Assembly: GCA_903879985.1 (NCBI GenBank)
Contig: CAIRNR010000007.1
Coordinates: forward strand, 465,519 to 529,518
DNA: 64,000 nt
Direction of reading: 5' to 3'
Source of the DNA: an uncultured candidate division WWE3 bacterium
GTDB lineage: Bacteria > Patescibacteriota > WWE3 > UBA101185 > UBA10185
Within the stretch, counting starts at the first letter, position 1, and each line of letters begins with the position of its first letter. Below the pieces are notes generated by a model. The model searched no databases and was not told where the DNA came from. It worked only from the letters and a program-made list of their open reading frames with translations. The translations under genes were made by a program, and so were the position numbers. This document shows positions 9,563-18,344 of this stretch, piece by piece.

Positions 9563-10285
9563 TTACTTCTCGAGCGTTGCTCTTACCAATAACCTTTTTT
9601 GTCTTGTACCAGCTGGCCAGCATGTCATGAGTGTAACAGTGGATTCATTTAGATAATCAGGTTTAAACTCTGCCAAAGGATCTACTGTCACAGGATCTAC
9701 AACTTCTTTAAACTCCACTTTGTAAGTTAACTTATTGTTATTGTAATAAATATAAAATTCATCCCCAGTATCTAAATCTCCAAGCGTGGAAAAAATTGTC
9801 TTATAATTTTTAGGATTAAAAAAGAATGGTAAAACAGAATGGCCGTATATAAAGGTGTTACCTTTTTCTCCTGGAAGAGCCGACCCTATGTAGTGGCCAA
9901 TAGCTGTATCAGGATCTAAATTCGCTGGATTAGTTTCTACAATTCCCTTATCTATTTTTAATTTTGGAATCTGAATGTAAAAGTATTTTGGTACGTTAAC
10001 CTGGGTGTCTTGAGTCTTTTTCTCCCCACTAAGTTCTTTATATTCAAAGTCTGAATATCCTGTGGCAACTCCAAGAACACTCCCGCGCATTGGTTCAGCT
10101 ACATCATCTTGTGTTTTGAAAAATACTAGCGGCATTACAACTTGTGTGCCCAAAACCAAAAAGCCTAAAGCCATTAAGCCTCCGGATAATATTCTAGATT
10201 TAAAGAAGAACCCGTAATTTACGGAATGATAGATAGGATCAAAAGATTCATTTTTTAAGTAAACTTTTTTTCCAGCGTAAGGCAT
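9563..10285 (-). CDS. Sortase family transpeptidase
   Basis: 240 aa with an N-terminal TM anchor, the catalytic triad context FIYGHS (His), TLMTCWP (TLXTC Cys) and RLLVRA (Arg), and an IPKLKID beta-strand. Confidence 0.8.
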   Translation of the reverse strand: MPYAGKKVYLKNESFDPIYHSVNYGFFFKSRILSGGLMALGFLVLGTQVVMPLVFFKTQDDVAEPMRGSVLGVATGYSDFEYKELSGEKKTQDTQVNVPKYFYIQIPKLKIDKGIVETNPANLDPDTAIGHYIGSALPGEKGNTFIYGHSVLPFFFNPKNYKTIFSTLGDLDTGDEFYIYYNNNKLTYKVEFKEVVDPVTVDPLAEFKPDYLNESTVTLMTCWPAGTRQKRLLVRATLEK

Positions 10286-10287
10286 TG

Positions 10288-10986
10288 TTAAGAGTTTAGC
10301 ATTTTTTCTACGGCAAGGGTAAGCATTGTATCGTCAGTAATTTCTCCGGTTTTTACGGCTTTATCTATTTTTTGCATTTCCACAAACATGCTTTTTACTT
10401 GCTCCTCCGTGTATAGCTTCGCAATTTTTTCAGTTTTCATTTTTGCAAAAGGATTCATTTTCGCGCTTGAGGGTGATTGAAATTTAATTGCTGCTAAATT
10501 GCGTAAGCCATAAAGTATGCGATTAAAGATTTCAAACGGGTCTGTGGAGTTCAAAACCTTATCTAATTCTATGTATGCTTTGGTGCGTTGCTTACTAAAT
10601 AAAGCATCCACAAAGTCAAAAACTTTCCCCTCAATTACTTTTTCGTTTACAACTTCCTTAGCCTTAAGTTCTTTAGCGTTTTTAATGAAAATATTGGCCC
10701 TGGAGAGACTTTTATTAGATAGGATGACTATGTTTGCCTCCGCCGGTGCATTTAGTAATTTTTCAAGATGTTTATCCAAATTACTGCGTGCTGCATTTGA
10801 GACATCTATGACCACGTATGGAAAGTTTCCAAAGATATCGGTTGTATTAAGAATATGTACAAGGTGTTCTGGAGTTGTATCTGTTATATCAAGTTCTATT
10901 CGTGAATCCGCGCCAAGCTTTTTTTGTTGGTGCAATATAAGTGTTCGAGATTTTGCGATATCTTCACCATGGACTATGTAAATCAT
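10288..10986 (-). CDS. holA: DNA polymerase III delta subunit (HolA)-like, short form
   Basis: 232 aa. An N-terminal IYIVHGEDIA..FGNFPYVVI (clamp-loader AAA-like) and a C-terminal helical domain fit the HolA pattern. Confidence 0.5.
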   Translation of the reverse strand: MIYIVHGEDIAKSRTLILHQQKKLGADSRIELDITDTTPEHLVHILNTTDIFGNFPYVVIDVSNAARSNLDKHLEKLLNAPAEANIVILSNKSLSRANIFIKNAKELKAKEVVNEKVIEGKVFDFVDALFSKQRTKAYIELDKVLNSTDPFEIFNRILYGLRNLAAIKFQSPSSAKMNPFAKMKTEKIAKLYTEEQVKSMFVEMQKIDKAVKTGEITDDTMLTLAVEKMLNS

Positions 10987-11008
10987 ATTTGTATTCTACC
11001 AGAGGGAG

Positions 11009-12163
11009 TTACTTACTTTTTACGCCAAAGAGATATTTTTGGACGTATGCATGTATTTGGGAGTAGTCGCCTGCTTTTGGTAGTAATACCCAAGCGTTGT
11101 TGTACAAAGTTGAGTCTTGTGGACTATATAATAGTCCGCCTGTTTCAGCGTCGCCACGGTCGTCCAGTACAACTGAAACCATGTTGTGTAAGTCTACTTG
11201 CTGGGAAAGTGTGTAAAATGCTTGAACTGTGGATAAATCGATATTAGTTGCAACGTTATTTGCATATGCGTCGTACAAATCTTTTAGTTTTGATACATTA
11301 AGCAATGTATTTGTGGATAACGCGGCATCTTTAACGGCCATTATTATCTTTTGTTGTCTTTTAGCACGTGCAAAATCGGTTCCTTCGTTATTGTCGCCAT
11401 GTCTGGATCGTGCAAATTCCAGTGCTGTTTTTGCATCCATTTTCTGAGGTCCTGTATCAAAATGAATAGTAATGAATCGGCAAGGAAATACTTCAAGATC
11501 TGACTTTGTTTCTAATTCCTTATTTGCTTGTTCTGCAGATTTGCCGCAAGTGGCAGCTTCATTACCTTCAATAGGATAAGTGTAATCTGTAAAAGCGGTG
11601 TCTACATTTACTGTGATACCTCCCAAAGTGTTTATTATTTGGTCGAATATATCAAAGTTAACTAAAACGTAATAATGAAGTGGAATTCCTAAAACATTTT
11701 CTACACTTTTTGATATAGCAGGTCCACCGCCACCCTTTTGAGCAGCCTCACCCGCTTGGTATACCGCATTTATTTTTGATTGATAGTCTTTAACCCACAA
11801 GTCTCTTGGTAAGGAGATCATGACCACGTCGTTATCAACTTTACTTATTGATGCTATTAAAATAGTGTCAGTCAAAATATGTCCTGATTCGGCGCCATTA
11901 TCTCTCTGATCCGATCCTAGAATTAAAATATTTGTTCTTCCGTCAGTTTCTTTTAAGCTTGCTGTTGAAACGTTTGCTATGACCTCTATAGGATTAAACG
12001 AAGCCTTTATTTTATCTCTAAACAAAAAGAAAGCTCCTCCAAGTACGCCAAGAATAATCAGTACAACAACAATCGCAAACATTCCTGGTGATTTTGCTTC
12101 TGGTTCTCTAATGCTTGATATAGTGCTGGGTATTTTATTTTTACAGAGGTTAACGTATTTCAT
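11009..12163 (-). CDS. LytR-CpsA-Psr (LCP) family cell-wall polymer phosphotransferase
   Basis: 384 aa with an N-terminal TM and the LCP core motifs NILILGSDQRD, TDTILIA and LPRDLWV. Confidence 0.8.
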   Translation of the reverse strand: MKYVNLCKNKIPSTISSIREPEAKSPGMFAIVVVLIILGVLGGAFFLFRDKIKASFNPIEVIANVSTASLKETDGRTNILILGSDQRDNGAESGHILTDTILIASISKVDNDVVMISLPRDLWVKDYQSKINAVYQAGEAAQKGGGGPAISKSVENVLGIPLHYYVLVNFDIFDQIINTLGGITVNVDTAFTDYTYPIEGNEAATCGKSAEQANKELETKSDLEVFPCRFITIHFDTGPQKMDAKTALEFARSRHGDNNEGTDFARAKRQQKIIMAVKDAALSTNTLLNVSKLKDLYDAYANNVATNIDLSTVQAFYTLSQQVDLHNMVSVVLDDRGDAETGGLLYSPQDSTLYNNAWVLLPKAGDYSQIHAYVQKYLFGVKSK

Positions 12164-12174
12164 AGTTTATGGGT

Positions 12175-12831
12175 TTACTCAGCTTTGGCGTAAGCGTCAA
12201 TTATATCAATAAAGTGCTGAGGATCTAAGCTGGCGTTTCCGGGTAATGCCCCGCCAATTTGCGCAATCTTTGTAAGGTTTTCTACGTTGTTTCTGTTAAC
12301 GGATCCTCCGTAAATCAATGCTATATCTTTTGGTAAAGTGTCGCTTATATTTTTTATCCCAGTTTCTATCTCAGCTGGATCTTTTTCACGATACTGCCCG
12401 TTTACTGAAATATTGTTTGGATCTTCCCAAGCTAATAAAACACCCGGCGTATAAAGTTTTACGGCATCTTCAGGTGAAACAAAGCAAATGATTGGTGTAA
12501 TTTTATTGGCTAAACACATATCTCGTTTTTTAAGCACAACATCAATAGGTTCGTGGCGTTCACTATGTCCGACAATGGAATAATTGCAGAACTGTTTTAT
12601 CTGAAATGCGCCAACTTCGCCAGTATGTGCGCCCTTATCCAAAGTTGAAACATCCTGAGAGGCTAATTCGATTCCTGCACTTTTAGCAAATTCGGAAAGT
12701 AAAGGTAAATGTAAAAAAGATGCGGCGATAATAACTTTGTTTTGAGTATCTACTTTTTTGTAACCAGCAATCCACGAAGTGATGCTTGCCAAGTCCATAT
12801 TCATTTTCCAGTTGGCTATTATATATTTCAT
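12175..12831 (-). CDS. tpiA: Triosephosphate isomerase
   Basis: IIANWKMN, GHSERH, and YGGSV near the C-terminus. Confidence 0.9.
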   Translation of the reverse strand: MKYIIANWKMNMDLASITSWIAGYKKVDTQNKVIIAASFLHLPLLSEFAKSAGIELASQDVSTLDKGAHTGEVGAFQIKQFCNYSIVGHSERHEPIDVVLKKRDMCLANKITPIICFVSPEDAVKLYTPGVLLAWEDPNNISVNGQYREKDPAEIETGIKNISDTLPKDIALIYGGSVNRNNVENLTKIAQIGGALPGNASLDPQHFIDIIDAYAKAE

Positions 12832-12855
12832 AGTAATGTTGCCTTTGTTGCTCTG

Positions 12856-13737
12856 TTAGGCGAGCCTCTTTAGCGATTCTTCAATCAAACTTGGTAAGAG
12901 TTCGATATCTTCGTGAGTATAATCATAACCCAAAACGTTGAGACACGAAAAGACAATTCCTAAATCAGAATAGATTTTGTCGGCATATTGGCATGCGACC
13001 AAACTGTGAAGTAAAACATTTCCGCCAATTTCTCCAACTTTAGATTTTCCACAACCCATTGGACAGTTTGCGCACGATGGATAGGATGCTTCAAGCACAC
13101 TGACATCTTCCTTTCGTATCAAAATACTTTTGTATAACTGTTGGTATTTATCGAAATTTACGGGTTTAGCAATTTCTGTTCCCGTTATAACAATGCCTTT
13201 TAGTTTTTTTGCGCGTAATTCGTGTTCAAAATAATCTTCAGGTGTTGTGAAGTAACCATTTAAGCTGACTTTTGTTCTTATGCCGTCTTCAAGAAAGATA
13301 TCGCCCCGTTTTCCCGGCAGACCCAAAGATAAAATATCTGTAATGCCGTCTTTAAATACCACATTTGTATTTTGAATATCCAGTATAACTTCCTGTTCTG
13401 ATTTTCCGTAAATAACAATGGCATCAAGTCCTGCGTATTTTATGCGTAAAGACAGATTACCGCCGATATAAATATCTTCTATTACGCCATCGTTGTTTAA
13501 GACAATTGAAGTTTTTGAAGCGTAAGGAAAAAATCCGTTGAATGGTCCTACCGATAAAACAATTGGTTCTTTATCAAAATGTGATTCCATTAACTTTAGT
13601 CCCAGTCCTACGCCGCCGATGTATTTGTTAAATTCCTTATACGTTTTGGCAACCGCGGTTTGGTCAGTTAAGTTTATTTCTAAAACTTTTTTAGCTGTTA
13701 AATCCACTTGTTTCTCCGTTATCCTCAACCAACTCAA
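12856..13737 (-). CDS. Truncated aldehyde:ferredoxin oxidoreductase (AOR)-family protein: AOR N-domain plus start of domain 2 with a CxxCxxxC motif
   Basis: 293 aa. MSWLRI..VDLT / IGGVGLGLKLM / PIVLSVGPFNG / LRIKYAGLDAIVIYGKSEQEVILDI aligns to the AOR N-terminal domain ([23 protein letters not shown]). CANCPMGCGKS matches the AOR [4Fe-4S] ligand motif CYACPIGCGR. The protein ends about 300 aa before a full AOR would. Confidence 0.6.
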   Translation of the reverse strand: MSWLRITEKQVDLTAKKVLEINLTDQTAVAKTYKEFNKYIGGVGLGLKLMESHFDKEPIVLSVGPFNGFFPYASKTSIVLNNDGVIEDIYIGGNLSLRIKYAGLDAIVIYGKSEQEVILDIQNTNVVFKDGITDILSLGLPGKRGDIFLEDGIRTKVSLNGYFTTPEDYFEHELRAKKLKGIVITGTEIAKPVNFDKYQQLYKSILIRKEDVSVLEASYPSCANCPMGCGKSKVGEIGGNVLLHSLVACQYADKIYSDLGIVFSCLNVLGYDYTHEDIELLPSLIEESLKRLA

Positions 13738-13984
13738 ATACTGCTCTTGGACAAATATTTTTTACTTTTTCTATATCCAGGGAACTTATACGTGGGTCTA
13801 TTTCTATTCCAAATTCTAAGTATTCTGATTTTTCTTTTCGTTTTCTAAAAATTCTGATTGGTGCGCCTTCAAGACCTACTTTTTTAAGTTGACGTTGTGT
13901 TTCAAGAACACAAAGCTCACAACCTATGCAGTTTTCCATGTAAGTAGCTTTTAGGATCTTAGTCATTTTTTGATAAAGCCTCAA
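13691..13984 (-). CDS. Small ferredoxin-like protein (single 4Fe-4S motif)
   Basis: CIGCELC ... CP arrangement. It overlaps pgk at the 5' end and the AOR-like gene at the 3' end; a start at the internal Met (about 13939) would remove the pgk overlap. Confidence 0.4.
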   Translation of the reverse strand: MRLYQKMTKILKATYMENCIGCELCVLETQRQLKKVGLEGAPIRIFRKRKEKSEYLEFGIEIDPRISSLDIEKVKNICPRAVFELVEDNGETSGFNS

Positions 13985-14960
13985 TTCCCGGCAGTGTTCC
14001 GTCAGCTAAAAATTGCAGCATTGCGCCACCACCTGTAGATACGAATGAAAATTTTTGTAATAAACCAAGTTGGTTGCAGGCTGTTATGGTATCGCCGCCG
14101 CCAATCACAGATAACGCTTCGTTGTGTGTTGTTGCCAAAGTAATGGCTTGAGCAATTCCTTGTGTGCCTTCCATGAACTGTGCTGTTTCGTAAGCGCCCA
14201 CGGGTCCGGCCCACAATATTGTTTTTGCTCTGCTAATTACATCGTTAAAACGCAAAACTGTGTTTGGTCCAATATCTTTTTGGTCGTCTGCGTAATCGGT
14301 GGGTAACATTAAATTCTCTGGAATTTCTGAAGTCCAATCAAGTCCAAGCTTTCCCCCAAGTAATACAAAGTCAGCAACTTCTAAAAACTTTGAAACAACG
14401 GGCATTTTACTTTCGAGTTTGGCACCCCCGATTATTACGGTTAATGGTCGTGCTGGTGTGTCTAAAATTTTAGAAAGTGTATCTATTTCTTTTTTAAGTC
14501 TGAACCCTGCGTATGAGGGTAAGTATTTTGTTATTCCTACAATTGATGCGTGCTTTCGGTGAGAAGTCGCAAAACTTTCATTAACATATATGTCGGCTTT
14601 TATAGATAGTTCTTTTGCATAGTTATCGTCATTTGTCTCTTCTCGAGGATCAAAGCGCAGATTTTCAAGAAGTTCAAATTTTTCTTCGCCTAAATGTTGA
14701 TTGAAATAAGGCATTAATTGTTGTGTGCTTAAACGTGGGTTTGGTTGACCGTCAGGTTTGCCCATATGTCCTGCAATTACAGGAATTCCCCCATGTTCAA
14801 TTATGTAGTTGAGTGTTTCCAGTGCTGATTCAATTCTGTATGTTTCACCAAGTGTTCCGTCAGAGTTTACTGGAACGTCGAGGTCGCATCTTACAAATAC
14901 TCGGGTGCCGTTTTTTATGTCGGCCTGTTCGATTGTTTTTATGTTTATCATTGTGTCCAT
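13959..14960 (-). CDS. pgk: Phosphoglycerate kinase (compact, 333 aa)
   Basis: RCDLDVP, LENLRF, YVNESFATSHRKHAS, IGGAKLESK, GGGDT. Confidence 0.9.
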   Translation of the reverse strand: MDTMINIKTIEQADIKNGTRVFVRCDLDVPVNSDGTLGETYRIESALETLNYIIEHGGIPVIAGHMGKPDGQPNPRLSTQQLMPYFNQHLGEEKFELLENLRFDPREETNDDNYAKELSIKADIYVNESFATSHRKHASIVGITKYLPSYAGFRLKKEIDTLSKILDTPARPLTVIIGGAKLESKMPVVSKFLEVADFVLLGGKLGLDWTSEIPENLMLPTDYADDQKDIGPNTVLRFNDVISRAKTILWAGPVGAYETAQFMEGTQGIAQAITLATTHNEALSVIGGGDTITACNQLGLLQKFSFVSTGGGAMLQFLADGTLPGIEALSKND

Positions 14961-15049
14961 TTTATCATTATATTGGGTCTTATTGCTTTGACCCAGCTAG
15001 TGTGGTTAAATCGACTAGATTTTCAAATACACGAAAAGAGGAGGAAAAA

Positions 15050-15223
15050 ATGAGTTCGCAAAGTCGTAGATTTCCACGCATGGATGGCGGCACCAAACAT
15101 GCTTATGGGAAAATGTCTAAACGGTCCAAACCGCGCAAAGGTCTCATAATTGTCGGCGCTACTTTGCTTGTGATCCTGCTGGCGTTTATGATCTTCGTCG
15201 CGTTTGTGCCAATGCCTCACTAA
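15050..15223 (+). CDS. Putative small membrane protein (57 aa) antisense within gap-pgk intergenic region
   Basis: Near-ideal SD (aaAGAGGAGGaaaaaATG), a basic N-terminus, then one TM (IIVGATLLVILLAFMIFVAFV). I consider the longer ORF-track version starting at 14813 spurious. Confidence 0.3.
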   Translation: MSSQSRRFPRMDGGTKHAYGKMSKRSKPRKGLIIVGATLLVILLAFMIFVAFVPMPH

Positions 15224-15345
15224 CCAATTCCTTTGTGCATTTTGCCGAATTTGCACAAAACCCGGATTTCTTTTACAAAAAAGGAGTCCGGTTATTTTTT
15301 TATGCCGCGTTATTTATTTTTTAGTTGGAAATTACGGATATTACT

Positions 15346-16425
15346 TTAGCCTTGCATCAACAAACCCATCTCGACCAATCTATTGCTGTAACCCCATTCA
15401 TTATCGTACCAGGCCAAAACTTTAACTAAATCCCCGTCGACAACTTTAGTCATGCTTAAATCGACGATTGCTGAATAAGATGTGCCTATAATATCGGAAG
15501 ATGTTATTGGTTCAAACGTTGCATCTAAAACACCTTTATATTTTGGAAGTTTCATAGCTTCCATAAATGCATTGTTAACTTCGTCGACTGTAACTTTCTT
15601 ACTCAGTACCATTGTTATGTCCGACAGAGATCCGGTAATGATAGGAACGCGCACCGAAATTCCGTCAAATAATCCTGCGAGTTCAGGAATAACTTGCGTA
15701 GTTGCTTTTGCCGCTCCTGTTGTTGTTGGCGACATGTTGTACCCCGCAGCACGGCATCTTCGCATATCAATGTCATCTCCAAATGGGGCACTATCAACAA
15801 CACTTTGGTTGTTCGTTAACGCATGGATTGTAGTCATTACTGATTTCACAACTTTAAATTTGTTATTCATTACAGCTATAACAGGACTTATACAGTTTGT
15901 TGTGCATGATGCGTTTGAAATAATATTTTGTCCCAAATAGGAATCATCGTTTACGCCGCGTAAAAATGTTTGAACTGTGCCGCCTTTTGTTGGTGCGGAA
16001 ACCACAACTTTTTTAGCTCCGGCTTTAATGTGCACTTCTGCTGTGTTTTCTTTAACAAATCTTCCCGTGCATTCCAAAACCACATCAACATTTAAATCTT
16101 TCCATGGTAATTTTTCAGCATCTTTTTGTGCGATTACTTTTACTCTGTGCCCGTCGACAATGAGGTAATTTTCAGTTCCACTTTTTGAAAAGAATTCTTT
16201 ATCCCCAAGATTTTCTTCAAGTCCAAATGTTTTGCCGTCTTCTTCAATGAGAATTTCTTTATCGTAACCTCGGTAGGCTGTGTCGTATTTTAATAAGTGT
16301 GCCAAAATTCTGGGATTAGTAAGGTCGTTTATTGCAACAACTTCAGCTTCGGGCTTCGTAAGTGCAATCTTAAAAGATGCACGGCCAATTCTTCCAAAAC
16401 CATTAATTGCAATTCTTGTGGGCAT
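15346..16425 (-). CDS. gap: Glyceraldehyde-3-phosphate dehydrogenase (type I)
   Basis: NGFGRIGR, SNASCTTNC, WYDNEWGYS. Confidence 0.9.
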   Translation of the reverse strand: MPTRIAINGFGRIGRASFKIALTKPEAEVVAINDLTNPRILAHLLKYDTAYRGYDKEILIEEDGKTFGLEENLGDKEFFSKSGTENYLIVDGHRVKVIAQKDAEKLPWKDLNVDVVLECTGRFVKENTAEVHIKAGAKKVVVSAPTKGGTVQTFLRGVNDDSYLGQNIISNASCTTNCISPVIAVMNNKFKVVKSVMTTIHALTNNQSVVDSAPFGDDIDMRRCRAAGYNMSPTTTGAAKATTQVIPELAGLFDGISVRVPIITGSLSDITMVLSKKVTVDEVNNAFMEAMKLPKYKGVLDATFEPITSSDIIGTSYSAIVDLSMTKVVDGDLVKVLAWYDNEWGYSNRLVEMGLLMQG

Positions 16426-16462
16426 TTATGTAATTATGCTTATTTATTACTCTGCGGTCAAG

Positions 16463-16726
16463 TTAAATACTTTTATCTAACCAGCTTTTTAAAACTTCTT
16501 TTGGCATTGCGCCGGTTTTTCTGTCTATTTCTTTTCCGTCTTTAACCAAGACAAAAGTTGGTATACTCATAATCCCGTATTTTGATGCTGTTTCTCCCTC
16601 TGCTTCAACATCTATGCTTTTGAATTCAATTTTTCCAGCATAATCTTTTTCTATCTCTTTAAATATTGGAGCCATTATTTTACAAGGCCCGCACCAGTCC
16701 GCAAAAAAATCTAATAGTTGTACCAT
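16463..16726 (-). CDS. trxA: Thioredoxin (short, 87 aa)
   Basis: WCGPC active site. I set the start at the internal Met, preceded by a GGAGG SD; the longer ORF-track N-terminus is not Trx-like. Confidence 0.8.
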   Translation of the reverse strand: MVQLLDFFADWCGPCKIMAPIFKEIEKDYAGKIEFKSIDVEAEGETASKYGIMSIPTFVLVKDGKEIDRKTGAMPKEVLKSWLDKSI

Positions 16727-16799
16727 TTTTATTCCTCCAAATTTAATTAGACTAGGAAAGACAGACAATATGATAACATAATTCCACATTTCAAAAGTT

Positions 16800-17837
16800 A
16801 TGTATCATCATCACATCACTTTAGAAAATAATACCATTTTCAGACGACGTCAAACCTCAAAATTTAACGCCGGTAAATTCTTGCTTATTTTTATTCCGGT
16901 TATTTTATTTGCAGGTTTTTTATTACTTCACCGCGGTAAGTCCCAAAAAAATAATGTTTTACCCGAAGCACCACCTTCGGCTGAAGAATTAATCTCGCAA
17001 CATTACTACAACACTTTAACTCACAAACCCTCTGACGAAACTCCATTTGTTTTAACAACCGAAGAAAGCACTGCAGACGAACCAATAATTTCTGGTAAGT
17101 CCGCAATAGTTGTTGAAAAGGATAATGGCAAGATTTTATTCGATAAAAATTCCAATGAAAAACTAAAACTTGCAAGTTTGGCTAAGATTATGACGGCAGT
17201 CGTGGTGTTAGAACATAAAGATTTAAATGAAAAAACTACTGTGTCGGAAAAAGCTTCAAGCATCGGAGAAAATATTATGGGAATAAGTGCAGGAGAAACT
17301 TATACGTTAAATGAATTAATGTATGGTCTATTACTTAACTCAGGTAATGATGCCGCGTACGCTCTTGCCGAAGATGTTTCTGGGGATTCAGACACTTTTG
17401 TTTCGTGGATGAATTTAAAAGCTGTGGACTTAGGTTTAAATGACACACACTTTTCTGATCCCAGTGGCTTGGACGATGCCTCTTACACTACTACGCGTGA
17501 TTTAGTTGTATTAACTGAATATGCTATGCGTTTCCCTGAGTTTAGAGAAATTGTCGGTACATTTTCAAAGGAGCTTCCTTACAGCGACGAGCACAAGTAT
17601 TTATATTTGGAAAATCAAACAAACTTGTTAACAACCTATCCTGGCGATATTGGTGTTAAAACAGGTTATACCGAGGAAGCAGGTTTGTGTTTGGTAAGTT
17701 ACGCTGTTAATGGCGGAAAAGAAATGATTGGCGTTGTGCTGGATAGTCAAAATCGCAAGGGGGATATGGTTCTACTTTTGGATCATGGTTTTGCTGCAGC
17801 GGGCGTTAAAATTGCGCATCCACGTTTAACTTTTTAG
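16800..17837 (+). CDS. D-alanyl-D-alanine carboxypeptidase (PBP5/DacA family), membrane-anchored
   Basis: SLAK (SxxK), LNSGND (SxN) and VKTGYT (KTG) motifs, plus an N-terminal TM. Confidence 0.8.
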   Translation: MYHHHITLENNTIFRRRQTSKFNAGKFLLIFIPVILFAGFLLLHRGKSQKNNVLPEAPPSAEELISQHYYNTLTHKPSDETPFVLTTEESTADEPIISGKSAIVVEKDNGKILFDKNSNEKLKLASLAKIMTAVVVLEHKDLNEKTTVSEKASSIGENIMGISAGETYTLNELMYGLLLNSGNDAAYALAEDVSGDSDTFVSWMNLKAVDLGLNDTHFSDPSGLDDASYTTTRDLVVLTEYAMRFPEFREIVGTFSKELPYSDEHKYLYLENQTNLLTTYPGDIGVKTGYTEEAGLCLVSYAVNGGKEMIGVVLDSQNRKGDMVLLLDHGFAAAGVKIAHPRLTF

Positions 17838-18289
17838 TTTACCTTTATTTCCATTGTGTCGCCGATGTTCACATTATTTTTTTGAGCCCACCCGGCATTT
17901 ACTTCTAATACATATTTTGCGAGGCCTCGAGGGATATAAGTTTTACAAGTTGTTGTTACACATGGTTGTGCAGTTTGAATATCTACAATCTTCTTATTTT
18001 CATCGACCCAAAGCATATCCAGTGGAATAAGTGTGTTCTTCATCCAAAATGCGTACGCGTTAACTTGGTCAAAAACAAAGAGCATGCCTGAATATTCTGG
18101 CAAACTTTTACGGTTCATTAATCCTAGTTCTTGTAGCGCGGGTGTGTTTGCTACTTCTACTTTTATCATTTTGTTATTTATGATTACGTAGGTGTCGCGG
18201 GCAGGTCGATTTACTAAATAAAAAATCCCAATTATAAGTAACATTGTTGTGGCGATTATTAAGCCTAGGATAGTTAGTTTTTTATTCAT
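17834..18289 (-). CDS. DUF192 (COG1430) family protein
   Basis: An N-terminal TM, then ANTPALQELGLMNRKSLPEYSGMLFVFD...LIPLDMLWVD, typical of DUF192. I chose the start at the internal Met after the TM. Confidence 0.6.
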   Translation of the reverse strand: MNKKLTILGLIIATTMLLIIGIFYLVNRPARDTYVIINNKMIKVEVANTPALQELGLMNRKSLPEYSGMLFVFDQVNAYAFWMKNTLIPLDMLWVDENKKIVDIQTAQPCVTTTCKTYIPRGLAKYVLEVNAGWAQKNNVNIGDTMEIKVN

Positions 18290-18344
18290 TGATAGATTAT
18301 ACAAGTTAGTTTTGGGTAATGTGCGCGTGTGATAGAATTCCACC

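Noticed and set aside
14813-15223. 136-aa plus-strand ORF overlapping the 5' end of pgk
   Set aside because: Only the last 57 codons are preceded by an SD (AGAGGAGG at 15040). The upstream part runs antisense through the pgk N-terminus.
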